Source of the DNA: Candidatus Parvarchaeota archaeon
GTDB taxonomy: Archaea; Nanobdellota; Nanobdellia; WJKC01
DNA: 64,000 bases
Direction of reading: 5' to 3'
Assembly: GCA_030615175.1 (NCBI GenBank)
Contig: JAUWZX010000001.1
Coordinates: forward strand, 524,044 to 588,043
The translations under genes and the position numbers were made by a program. Positions 53,942 to 61,940 of the stretch are shown here, piece after piece. The notes beneath the pieces are model-generated. The model ran no database searches. It was not told where the DNA came from and saw only the letters and a program-made list of their open reading frames with translations. Every line of letters begins with the position of its first letter. Within the stretch, counting starts at the first letter, position 1.

Positions 53942-54499
53942 ATGCTTGAGAGTTACACTGACGAAATCATATCAGGGATTAAATCAATAGATGAAATACC
54001 TCAAGGTGAATTGCCAGATTGTTTTTTTCTAAAATTAATGGATTTAGAGCACTTAATAATTAAACCATTCATTAAGGAATCATTAAAGAGAAATTGTTAC
54101 AGTTTACACTTGAATGATAAATTCCTTAAAGAAATTATAAAAAAACCAGTTAATATGGCATTAATTAAGTTAATTCAAGATTCTTTAAAGGAATGTGAAG
54201 AATTAAATTATTATCTCTTAAAACCTGGTGAAAGCGTTATTATACAAACATATGAATTCGTTGGCGTGGCACAAGCATTAACAGCCAGGTTTGAAAGAAA
54301 GGAGTTATTAAGAGGTTTGATTATAAAGCATTTAACGCATCATTACTTACATCATGGATTAGGAATTAAGAATCCATTACAATTAATAATTGAGTTAACG
54401 AATCCTGGACCAACCCCTTTCGAGGTTATTCCAATGCGCATGATTATGGGCGAATTATTAGGGCCTGAAGTGATTAACATGCATATTAAAAGAAGGTGA
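53942..54499 (+). CDS. dCTP deaminase/dUTPase-fold protein, catalytic motif degenerate
   Basis: IIKPFIKESLKRNCYSLHLNDKF parallels IIKPF.....SYD..LGD.F of archaeal Dcd. LKPGESVIIQTYEFV and LIIELTNPGPTPFEVIPMRMIMGEL parallel the beta-barrel core (tLEl.N.g..p..l.pG..i.ql.f). The G-R-S-S..R motif reads FERKELLR. Confidence 0.5.
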   Translation: MLESYTDEIISGIKSIDEIPQGELPDCFFLKLMDLEHLIIKPFIKESLKRNCYSLHLNDKFLKEIIKKPVNMALIKLIQDSLKECEELNYYLLKPGESVIIQTYEFVGVAQALTARFERKELLRGLIIKHLTHHYLHHGLGIKNPLQLIIELTNPGPTPFEVIPMRMIMGELLGPEVINMHIKRR

Positions 54500-54539
54500 G
54501 AGTAATCTTTTTATTATTCACGTTCATAATAAAGAGTTA

Positions 54540-55205
54540 ATGAATCCTTTTATTCAAATAGTGCCGCGGGAAGAAGAGGACTTAATTAATGAGGAATTCG
54601 TTAAAAGAGCTGCTAAGGAAATTAAGGAGACAATTAAGAGTAAAAGGCTTATAATATTTACAGGTGAGCCTGGACTGGGGAAGACGCATTACTTAAAGCG
54701 CGTTCATAAGAGGTTAAAGTCAAAGAAGGATTTCTTATTGTTTGATGAAATGCTTGCTAAGAGGTTGAATAATTACGTCAGGGTTGGGAATAAGACTTTG
54801 TTCATTGATAATCTTGACTTAAGCGAGGGATTGAATGATGAGTACTTATTCAAGTTATTGGATGAAATGAGTGAATTGCTTGAAGGGAAAGTGATAATGG
54901 TGACTGCATTGACTGAAAGGAATTACAAGAGATTTTTAAGGATTAATCCTTTACTGAGAGTTAAGACTAAGAGGATTAAATTACCCCGCTTAACGCATGA
55001 TGAGGCAGTAAAGTTAATAATTAAGAGATTAAATGAAGCAAGAATGAATAAAAGTGATGACGTGAGCCCGTTCACTAAGCAGGAGTTAAGAGAGATAATA
55101 AGCAAGTGCAATGGTAATCCTAGGATGATACTAATGCTTCTTGGACGCATTTACGAGTTAAGAGTTCTAAACTATGCTCCTAAGCCAGAAATGATTGAAT
55201 TATGA
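54540..55205 (+). CDS. Compact AAA+ ATPase (Orc1/Cdc6- or Arch_ATPase-like) without winged-helix domain
   Basis: Walker A FTGEPGLGKTHYL, Walker B LFIDNLD, sensor-2-like CNGNPRMILMLL. Only 221 aa. Confidence 0.6.
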   Translation: MNPFIQIVPREEEDLINEEFVKRAAKEIKETIKSKRLIIFTGEPGLGKTHYLKRVHKRLKSKKDFLLFDEMLAKRLNNYVRVGNKTLFIDNLDLSEGLNDEYLFKLLDEMSELLEGKVIMVTALTERNYKRFLRINPLLRVKTKRIKLPRLTHDEAVKLIIKRLNEARMNKSDDVSPFTKQELREIISKCNGNPRMILMLLGRIYELRVLNYAPKPEMIEL

Positions 55206-55984
55206 AATACGAGCCTATCACTTTGTTAATCATGCTGTCATTATTCATAATTACAATGCTTTTCGGGTTATACGTTACTCAGAGTTACATGGAAGTGGAG
55301 TTACCTTATAATATTGAACCGCCCAAGATGAGTGCAGAATTCTCAGTTCCTTACTTTATTGGGGCAATAATTATGGTATCAGTAATCTTCTACGTATTCA
55401 CTAAATTAAAGTACACTAAATTCCTTAAATTATGGTTTTCTCTTGCAATCATTTTATGCATTAGCGTGTCATTATCATTGCTTATTGGCAACATTCCAGC
55501 ATTACTCGTGGCAGCAGTACTCGTCATACTAAGAGTTAAGGAAAAGGATTTATACATTCATAACTTAACAGAGATACTCATTTATGGTGGTTTAGTCTCA
55601 TTATTCATGCCATTATTTAATGTGTGGACAGCGCTCGTACTATTAATATTAATAAGTATTTATGATTACATTTCAGTCTTCATTACTAAGCACATGATAT
55701 TAATGGCTAAAGCTCAGAGCAAGGAGAATATTTTCACTGGCTTGATGATAAAGCATGCTGATGAAATGGCAATACTTGGCGGTGGCGATATAGCATTCAC
55801 ATTACTGTTCTCCAGCGTTATGGGTCAGGCATTCGGCATGCCAGCAGCTTACTTAACTGTTTACTTGGTAGTAATTGCCCTTGCAGTGTTAACAATTATT
55901 GGGAAGCGAGGCAAGTTCTACCCGGCAATGCCTTACTTAACGAGTGCTTGCGCGGCAAGCCTGGTAATTAATTTAGTAATATAA
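55202..55984 (+). CDS. Presenilin/signal-peptide-peptidase homolog (A22 intramembrane aspartyl protease)
   Basis: Polytopic. Has the YD motif (ISIYDYISVF), the GxGD motif (LGGGDIAF) and a PAL-like motif (YPAMPYL) in the expected order. Confidence 0.8.
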   Translation: MKYEPITLLIMLSLFIITMLFGLYVTQSYMEVELPYNIEPPKMSAEFSVPYFIGAIIMVSVIFYVFTKLKYTKFLKLWFSLAIILCISVSLSLLIGNIPALLVAAVLVILRVKEKDLYIHNLTEILIYGGLVSLFMPLFNVWTALVLLILISIYDYISVFITKHMILMAKAQSKENIFTGLMIKHADEMAILGGGDIAFTLLFSSVMGQAFGMPAAYLTVYLVVIALAVLTIIGKRGKFYPAMPYLTSACAASLVINLVI

Positions 55985-56007
55985 AATAAAATAATTAGGA
56001 GGGGAAT

Positions 56008-56253
56008 TTATTTCCTTTTTCTCTTAGGCTTTAACATTCTTATCTCTGCCAGTATCTTATTCTGAGAGTCAAGTATTTTCTCTTCAATGGCAATGCTTCT
56101 TAATTCTAATTTCTTACCTGTTTCCGCAATCTCTGCTTCCTTTAATTCCATGCTCATCATGCGCCTAATACTAAGTACTAATGCGAATAATGTTCCAAGC
56201 ACTGCTGCAGTGATTAAGTAAAGAATGGTTATTTCACCAGTTCCAGTTGTCAT
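56008..56253 (-). CDS. Small membrane protein with coiled-coil tail
   Basis: 81-aa ORF. N-terminal TM. Last gene of the minus-strand operon. Confidence 0.4.
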   Translation of the reverse strand: MTTGTGEITILYLITAAVLGTLFALVLSIRRMMSMELKEAEIAETGKKLELRSIAIEEKILDSQNKILAEIRMLKPKRKRK

Positions 56254-56260
56254 TACTCCC

Positions 56261-57022
56261 TCACCTCCTCGTCCATAGATAATTCATGACGATTCCCGCG
56301 GCATTAATTGATGATAGCCCGGGTTTGTCACATGTTAACTCATTAACATCAAGTCCTATGATATTATTTTTTAGGCATACAGTCTTTAAAGCATTTACTA
56401 AATCATGCATTGATATTCCTAGAGGCACTGGAGTGCTAACTTCAGGGCAGTGTGATGGGTCTAGAATGTCTAAGTCAATACTAATGTATAATTCGCTGCT
56501 TGGAATCTTATCAAGGTCCTTAATACTTATTAGTTCAACATTAGAATTCTTTAATGAGTTCATTTCTTCAATTGTTAAGTCCCTTACTCCTGTTAAGTAA
56601 ACTTTATCAACTAATTCTGAAATCCTTCGAGTAACAGTGGCATAGGATTCTTTCCTGCCATTGTACTCGTCATGATAGTCTGCGTGAGCGTCAAATATTA
56701 ACACTCTTTTTGGGCGTAAGGCTTTAATAACTGGAAGCGTGATTAAGTGTTCGCCGCCAATGAATATGAAATGCTGTCCTTTATTATTTTTCTTAATCCA
56801 TCTTTCCATTTCATTGTAGTTACTTATCGGGTCTGGACATGCTATTATGAACTTATCAAACACGTCCACTCTGGTTCGCATGTTAAGACTTGACAGTGAA
56901 TTAAATGATTTAATAAAGGATTTGTAAGCGTTAGGTGATTTCACTCCGCAAGTCATGTAGTAAGGCAGGCCCTGAATCACTATGTCTGCCCGGTCAGTAT
57001 CAGTAATTGCGTTATCAATCAT
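56261..57022 (-). CDS. speB: Agmatinase/arginase-family ureohydrolase
   Basis: FIGGEHLIT, FDAHADY and SIDLDILDPSHCPEVSTPVPLGIS match the Mn-binding motifs of the family, with GGDH read as GGEH. Confidence 0.75.
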   Translation of the reverse strand: MIDNAITDTDRADIVIQGLPYYMTCGVKSPNAYKSFIKSFNSLSSLNMRTRVDVFDKFIIACPDPISNYNEMERWIKKNNKGQHFIFIGGEHLITLPVIKALRPKRVLIFDAHADYHDEYNGRKESYATVTRRISELVDKVYLTGVRDLTIEEMNSLKNSNVELISIKDLDKIPSSELYISIDLDILDPSHCPEVSTPVPLGISMHDLVNALKTVCLKNNIIGLDVNELTCDKPGLSSINAAGIVMNYLWTRR

Positions 57023-57028
57023 TTATTT

Positions 57029-57415
57029 TTAAGTCTTAGCAAGACTTCCTTTAAATACCTTAACAAAGTTTGGGCTCGCTATTAAGTAGTCCTCGTCCAT
57101 GCCTACAACGTTTCCTCCCATGACGTCGCATACGCGCTTTATCTTTGTTATAGCTCTTTTTAATTCATTAATGTCCTTGTCCTTCAGTAATTTAATTTTT
57201 ACTATGCAGATTGAGTAGCCTTCTCTCATGAAATCAAGTATTGGTTTAACATCGCTGAATTCATCTAGAATGCAGTACCTGACGTAAATGTTTGCCTGCT
57301 TGCCTGCCGGTTTCTCAGTTAATTCAATGTACCCTTCGTCATTTCTTTCTGATGCTTCATTTTCCTTAGGACTGTTGCTGAATCTTTCCTTAATCCTTTT
57401 AATTCGCATTTTCAT
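57029..57415 (-). CDS. sepF: SepF-like cell-division protein (DUF552)
   Basis: YIELTE...IYVRYCILDEFSDVKPILDFMREGYSICIVKIKLL......LKRAITKIKRVCDVMGGNVVGMDEDYLIASP. Confidence 0.75.
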   Translation of the reverse strand: MKMRIKRIKERFSNSPKENEASERNDEGYIELTEKPAGKQANIYVRYCILDEFSDVKPILDFMREGYSICIVKIKLLKDKDINELKRAITKIKRVCDVMGGNVVGMDEDYLIASPNFVKVFKGSLAKT

Positions 57416-57481
57416 AGAATCAAGTTAACTTACTTGATACTTAAATCCTTTACTATTTTAAGGGATATATTTTTGAATTCT

Positions 57482-57742
57482 TTAAATCTGTGTTTCTAGC
57501 AGTGAGATTACTTGCCATATCCTTGTCTTAGTATACATGTTAATGTTAGGGTCTTCAGTGATGTTCAATGCTTGTATTGCCTTGTCGCACTTCATTGATA
57601 TTTCACTTCCTTCTTCTTCAAGTATTTGAATGCATGAGTCAGTTGCGGTTCGTATGTTTTTAGAGATTACTGAGTCATTAGTTACTTCCTTTAGTAGTGA
57701 TAATGCTTCAGTTAATTCAGGAGTGCTTAATGCAGTCATCAC
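57482..57742 (-). CDS. UPF0147-family small helical protein
   Basis: NDSVISKNIRTA......L.......MKCDKAIQAL..I.EDPNINMYTKTRIWQVISLLE follows the conserved UPF0147 pattern (D.svPrNIR...a....L.eI..DpNmp...RT.iW...s.LE). Confidence 0.7.
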   Translation of the reverse strand: MMTALSTPELTEALSLLKEVTNDSVISKNIRTATDSCIQILEEEGSEISMKCDKAIQALNITEDPNINMYTKTRIWQVISLLETQI

Positions 57743-58092
57743 TATGCGCCTCCCCCTTTAATGCTTGTTAATTGTTTCTGCAGGCTTTGAGCTTTATTAG
57801 TTATCCTGTCAATTTGCTTGTCAATGCTTTCAAGTCTTAAGTCAGTTAAGTCTTTCTTATCAGTTAATGATTTAGTTAACTCCACAGGAGCCTTCTTTAT
57901 TAGGATGTTGCCTACTAATTCATAAACTGTTGATTTAGGATTATTTTTTAATTCTTTTAGAGCGTTATCTATTTCTTGCTGGCGGATTTGTATGTTTTGT
58001 TTTTGAATCATTAATGCCTGTAATTGCTGCTGGTATTGTTGTATTTTCATTATGTTTTCCCTTGCTTGCTCGGGTATTTTCTGTTCTGGCAT
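57742..58092 (-). CDS. pfdB: Prefoldin beta subunit
   Basis: Gln-rich coiled coil IMKIQQYQQQLQALMIQKQNIQIR, a central beta hairpin VYELVGNILIK, and a second coiled coil. Confidence 0.85.
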   Translation of the reverse strand: MPEQKIPEQARENIMKIQQYQQQLQALMIQKQNIQIRQQEIDNALKELKNNPKSTVYELVGNILIKKAPVELTKSLTDKKDLTDLRLESIDKQIDRITNKAQSLQKQLTSIKGGGA

Positions 58093-58312
58093 TATTCATC
58101 ACCTTTAAACTTGTCTCCAATAATTTTAAGCATGTGTTCATGCTTGCGCGTAGTGAGGGCACATCACTTGCCTTTATAAGGATTTCTAATCCTCGTGGCT
58201 TGATTCTTATTTCACTCTTTGCCCGCTTCGTTGCCCTCATGTCTGGTTTTAATGCGTCATGGATTAATTGTTTCTGGTTATGGCTTAACGGCACTTTTAT
58301 TATCGCCTTCAT
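57965..58312 (-). CDS. pcc1: KEOPS subunit Pcc1 (ORF runs 128 nt into pfdB)
   Basis: MKAIIKVPL....QLIHDALKPD.......EIRIKPRGLEILIKASDVPSLRASMNTCLKLLETSLKVM matches the Pcc1/CTAG fold pattern. The last ~40 codons are a low-complexity read of the pfdB region in another frame. Confidence 0.7.
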   Translation of the reverse strand: MKAIIKVPLSHNQKQLIHDALKPDMRATKRAKSEIRIKPRGLEILIKASDVPSLRASMNTCLKLLETSLKVMNNARTENTRASKGKHNENTTIPAAITGINDSKTKHTNPPARNR

Positions 58313-58314
58313 CT

Positions 58315-58452
58315 CTATCTTGCCTTCACTGACTTAACGATTTTAGGCCTCTTCTTGTATAGTATCCTGCCTCCGCAGTAAAGGCATCTTATTCTTCGCA
58401 CCACTTCATCTGCCTTAACTGTTCCACCGCAATTAAAACAGATATACTCCAT
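58315..58452 (-). CDS. rpoP: RNA polymerase subunit P (Rpo12)
   Basis: MEYICFNCGGTVKADEVVRRIRCLYCGGRILYKKRP is the zinc ribbon typical of RpoP. The internal ATG at 58452 is preferred over the tracked start at 58506. Confidence 0.8.
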   Translation of the reverse strand: MEYICFNCGGTVKADEVVRRIRCLYCGGRILYKKRPKIVKSVKAR

Positions 58453-58486
58453 GTTAAGATTTGGACAGGAAAAGGGTATATAAAGT

Positions 58487-59206
58487 TTACTCTTTATTGT
58501 TGGCATTTATTGTTCGAAATAATTTATCAGCATTAAGTCCCAATATCTTCTCTTTCTGTTCCAGCGTTAAGTAAGGCGTGTGCTCTATCTTGAATCGTTC
58601 AATTAATGGTGTTGAGAAAGGATAGTCGCTGCCAAAGAGAATTCTATCCTCATCAATACTCATCAGAATCTTAAGTGTGAAGGGACTGGTCTTAATTGAA
58701 GTGTCAAAATAAAGGTTTTTACAGTCCTTAAAAGCCTTTAAGTAAGACTTCTTCCTGCCAGCATGAGCAGCAATGAATTTAACAGAATTAAACTCCTTAA
58801 TGAGGAGTAATAATTCAGTCATTAAATCAGCATTAGAGTGGAATAACACTACTAATTCAGTGTCCTTAATTATTGTTAATGCATTCCTTAAGGATTCCAT
58901 GTTCCACTTATCATTATTAAAGTGCAGTTTTACGCCTCGAGTAAGAGGATGCTTTAATAAATCTGCTTTAGTGAATCCTGGTCCAAGCCTGATGAAAGGA
59001 ATAATTAAATCAGGAAACTCATTATGCAAATCCATTACTTGATTATTTAAATCAGAGTATTGAACACTCATATCATAACTCCTTATTGGGAACACAACAA
59101 CCTTACTGACTCCTGCCTCTTTTAATGAATTAATTAATCCTTCCTTAGTACTCGTTGCTGTTGAAGCGCCAGCACCTAAATGAGCGTGAACATCAAAAAC
59201 TAACAT
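58487..59206 (-). CDS. Amidohydrolase/TatD-like metal-dependent hydrolase
   Basis: MLVFDVHAHLG, later KLHF, LFHS and GSDYPF, consistent with a TIM-barrel metal hydrolase. Confidence 0.6.
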   Translation of the reverse strand: MLVFDVHAHLGAGASTATSTKEGLINSLKEAGVSKVVVFPIRSYDMSVQYSDLNNQVMDLHNEFPDLIIPFIRLGPGFTKADLLKHPLTRGVKLHFNNDKWNMESLRNALTIIKDTELVVLFHSNADLMTELLLLIKEFNSVKFIAAHAGRKKSYLKAFKDCKNLYFDTSIKTSPFTLKILMSIDEDRILFGSDYPFSTPLIERFKIEHTPYLTLEQKEKILGLNADKLFRTINANNKE

Positions 59207-59288
59207 TAATAATTGATAGTTTTGGAAAAGAATATAAGCATTTCTAATCCCTGTGGCTTAATTCTTATTTATTAAATCTAACCGAAAC

Positions 59289-59298
59289 TTTATAAAAA
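59289..59298 (+). promoter_or_regulatory. Putative TATA box for tRNA-Pro
   Basis: TTTATAAAAA is centred about 30 nt upstream of the tRNA 5' end. Confidence 0.4.
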
Positions 59299-59323
59299 CA
59301 ATAACTAATATTTTATTCTACAA

Positions 59324-59463
59324 GGGGCTGTAGTCTAGCCTGGTCTAGGACCCGTGGTTTGGGACCAACCCTTTTCTCGCTTCGCTCCAAAAGCGTTGAC
59401 GGAAAAGGATTTAAAACGTTGGCAGAATACCGCGAGACCCCGGTTCAAATCCGGGCAGCCTCA
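59324..59463 (+). tRNA. tRNA-Pro (anticodon UGG) with 65-nt canonical (37/38) intron; CCA not encoded
   Basis: Acceptor GGGGCTG/CAGCCTC. Anticodon stem CGTGG/CCGCG. Loop TTTGGG|intron 59364-59428|A. A full BHB is present: a 4-bp helix (59358-61 with 59423-26) flanked by 3-nt bulges, then CCAAC/GTTGG. T arm CCCGG-TTCAAAT-CCGGG. Confidence 0.9.
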
Positions 59464-59517
59464 CTTCTCCATTATAATACAAAAGTTTTAAAAGCAATTA
59501 CTAAATCCCTCTACGTT

Positions 59518-59733
59518 ATGGGAAGGACTAAGACGGTCGGGTCTGCAGGCAGGTTTGGCCCGAGGTACGGGCGTAAGATTCGCAAGAAGGTTAGAGTCAT
59601 TGAGGAATTAAAGAATCGCAGTAAGGAGTGCCCTGAGTGCGGTAAGAAGACTCTTAAAAGGTTAGCGCAGGGAATCTATGAATGCAGTAAGTGTAATGCT
59701 AAGATAGCAGGCAGGGCTTACACGTTAAAATAA
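59518..59733 (+). CDS. rpl37ae: 50S ribosomal protein L37Ae (eL43)
   Basis: MGRTKTVGSAGRFGPRYGRKIRKKV...CPECGK....R...GIYECSKCNAKIAGRAY. The tracked ORF start at 59359 lies inside the tRNA-Pro gene and is rejected. Confidence 0.92.
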   Translation: MGRTKTVGSAGRFGPRYGRKIRKKVRVIEELKNRSKECPECGKKTLKRLAQGIYECSKCNAKIAGRAYTLK

Positions 59734-59737
59734 GTAA

Positions 59738-59938
59738 TCAGAACTTTTTGTAAACAGCGATTAAATCAATTAAGTCTACATGACTTACTAACGCTCCCCT
59801 GCAGCAGTACCGTTCAACTTTCAGCACATTCAATGCTTTAGCAGGGTTCATTCCATTATCAACTAACTCCTTAAACTTCTTCCATAAGTGAGCAATTGGT
59901 TTTCCGCATGAGAAGCAACGAATTGGAATCATAAGCAA
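59738..59938 (-). CDS. rpoN: RNA polymerase subunit N (Rpo10)
   Basis: MIPIRCFSCGKPIAHLWKKF...........L..L.VERYCCRGALVSHVDLID. Confidence 0.92.
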   Translation of the reverse strand: MLMIPIRCFSCGKPIAHLWKKFKELVDNGMNPAKALNVLKVERYCCRGALVSHVDLIDLIAVYKKF

Positions 59939-59998
59939 TCACTTAATTAATTATAGGAAAATAAAAGAGAGGGGTATATAAAGTTTCCTATCATAAAT

Positions 59999-60481
59999 TT
60001 ATTCACTTATTAATTCAATATATTCTTCACAATATTCTTTATTAAATGGCCTGATATTTGAGTATTCCCTGCCGAACTTTAGTTTAGGATGAATTAATCT
60101 TATCATTTCTTGAAAAGACTGCTCCCCGATTTCCCGGCACACAAATTTTGTTTCCAAACCCACTCTTTCACATGCATCCAAGTAAGGGCAGGAATTATAA
60201 GAATCAATTCTAATCCTTGTTTCAGAAACCCTTGTTACTTTTGAATACGCAGGGTCAACCTGCAAGTGCTCGATAAAAATGATTTTATAAGCCATTTCCT
60301 CAGGAGGTAATCCTTCATATTTGATTTTCATTTCATCCAAGTTATTCTTCATCCACTTCACTCTTCTCTCTGTAATTAAATCAGCTAATTCCTTAGGAGT
60401 TAAGATTCCTTCTTTAATCTTCATTAATTCTTCAATCTTTTCTTCTAACTTCTGCTCAAAACGCGAACTCATAAATAACAA
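59999..60481 (-). CDS. Hypothetical protein, ATC-hydrolase-like Cys motif
   Basis: SCPYLDACERVGLETKFVCREIGEQSFQEMIRLIHPKLKFGRE......EYCEEY resembles the PF14196-type pattern. Weak. Confidence 0.4.
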   Translation of the reverse strand: MLFMSSRFEQKLEEKIEELMKIKEGILTPKELADLITERRVKWMKNNLDEMKIKYEGLPPEEMAYKIIFIEHLQVDPAYSKVTRVSETRIRIDSYNSCPYLDACERVGLETKFVCREIGEQSFQEMIRLIHPKLKFGREYSNIRPFNKEYCEEYIELISE

Positions 60482-60514
60482 TACAATAAAAAAAATAGTT
60501 TATAAACATTACTA

Positions 60515-60853
60515 TTATTCAGAAGGCATGATGAAATTAATATCTGAAGGACAAATATTATTCATGTAACACGTAACTTTCTTCCCAACCAAATCCTCAA
60601 ATTCTTCAACACCCATCTTCTTAAGGAATTTATGATACAACTTGCCGCTAATTTTTTTCGTGTACACTATGGATGGAGTCAGTACTTTCACTTTAAAATA
60701 GAAATCACTATTCTTATCATCAAAGCCGATAATATTATTCAAGGACTTATTCTTAGTAATGAATTTTAACTTGCCAGCAATTATAATATCCTTAATGACT
60801 CCCTGTTTCTGTTCTAAACCACTATAATAATTCATCATAACTAAAAAAGTCAT
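60515..60853 (-). CDS. Hypothetical protein
   Basis: 112-aa ORF. Confidence 0.4.
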   Translation of the reverse strand: MTFLVMMNYYSGLEQKQGVIKDIIIAGKLKFITKNKSLNNIIGFDDKNSDFYFKVKVLTPSIVYTKKISGKLYHKFLKKMGVEEFEDLVGKKVTCYMNNICPSDINFIMPSE

Positions 60854-60923
60854 TTCTTAATGTTTTATAAATATTCCTGTTCAAAAAAAATTATATAAAT
60901 GCATAAAGGATGAATTAAAAGTA

Positions 60924-61940
60924 ATGGATGTTAATGAAAAATTGTCAATAATTAAGAATAATGTTGTAGAAATCATTGGAGAAAGCGAGTTAAAAGAGCT
61001 ATTAAGAAAGAATAAAAGGATAAGCGCGTATCATGGCAGGGCTCCAACAGGGTCACTGCACATGGGGCACATCACTCCATTAATTAAAGTGTTTGATTTT
61101 GACAGGGTTGGAATTAAGTCAAAAATATTAATTGCTGACATTCACGCAGCACTTGATGACTTAAAGGCTCCTTGGGAGGATATTGATAAGAGGGCGAGAT
61201 TCACTCAGAAATGCATTGAATTAGCTCTTCCATGGAAGAAGAAACCTGAATTCGTGCTTGGCTCTAGTTTTCAATTAACAAAGGAATACCAGTTAGATAC
61301 TTTAAAGATTAGCTCTCTTGCAACAATAAACAGGGCTAAGAGAGCTGCAAGTGAAGTAACAAGAATGAAGAATCCTAAAGTATCAGAATTAATTTACCCG
61401 ATAATGCAGGCACTGGATGAGGAATACTTAAAAATTGACATTCAATGGGGAGGCATTGATCAGAGGCACATACTGGCTTTTGCCAGGGAATACATGCCAA
61501 AGATTGGTTATAAGCCGAGAATTGAAATAATGCAGCCATTAATAATGTCACTTAAGGGTTCTGGAGTTAAGATGAGTTCATCAGTGCCTGAAACCATTAT
61601 AAAAATTTATGATTCAGAGGAGTCAATTAGGAGTAAAATAAAGAATGCTTTCTGCCCTGAAGGAGTGGTTGAGGATAATCCGGTACTGCAGTTAAGCAGG
61701 TACTTAATATTTGGTTTAAAGGATTCGCTGAGTGTTGAGCGGCCAAGAAAGTTTGGAGGGGAAATAATATTTAATAGTTATGAGGAATTAGAAGAATCCT
61801 TTAAGAATGAGGAATTACACCCAATGGATTTAAAGAACGCGTTAACAATTGAGTTAATTAATACTTTCAGGAAAGTCAGGAAATACTTTAAATCTCACGC
61901 CAGCATGCTTGAGGAATTAGGTCCTCAATTCATGCCTTAA
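60924..61940 (+). CDS. tyrS: Tyrosyl-tRNA synthetase (archaeal type)
   Basis: AYHGRAPTGSLHMGHI (HIGH-type), GGIDQRHI, KMSSS (KMSKS-type). About 338 aa with no C-terminal S4-like domain. Confidence 0.92.
   Translation: MDVNEKLSIIKNNVVEIIGESELKELLRKNKRISAYHGRAPTGSLHMGHITPLIKVFDFDRVGIKSKILIADIHAALDDLKAPWEDIDKRARFTQKCIELALPWKKKPEFVLGSSFQLTKEYQLDTLKISSLATINRAKRAASEVTRMKNPKVSELIYPIMQALDEEYLKIDIQWGGIDQRHILAFAREYMPKIGYKPRIEIMQPLIMSLKGSGVKMSSSVPETIIKIYDSEESIRSKIKNAFCPEGVVEDNPVLQLSRYLIFGLKDSLSVERPRKFGGEIIFNSYEELEESFKNEELHPMDLKNALTIELINTFRKVRKYFKSHASMLEELGPQFMP

Noticed and set aside
59359-59517. N-terminal 53-codon extension of the L37Ae ORF
   Set aside because: The extension starts inside tRNA-Pro and its intron. 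The conserved L37Ae sequence begins at the internal ATG at 59518 (MGRTKTVGS...).
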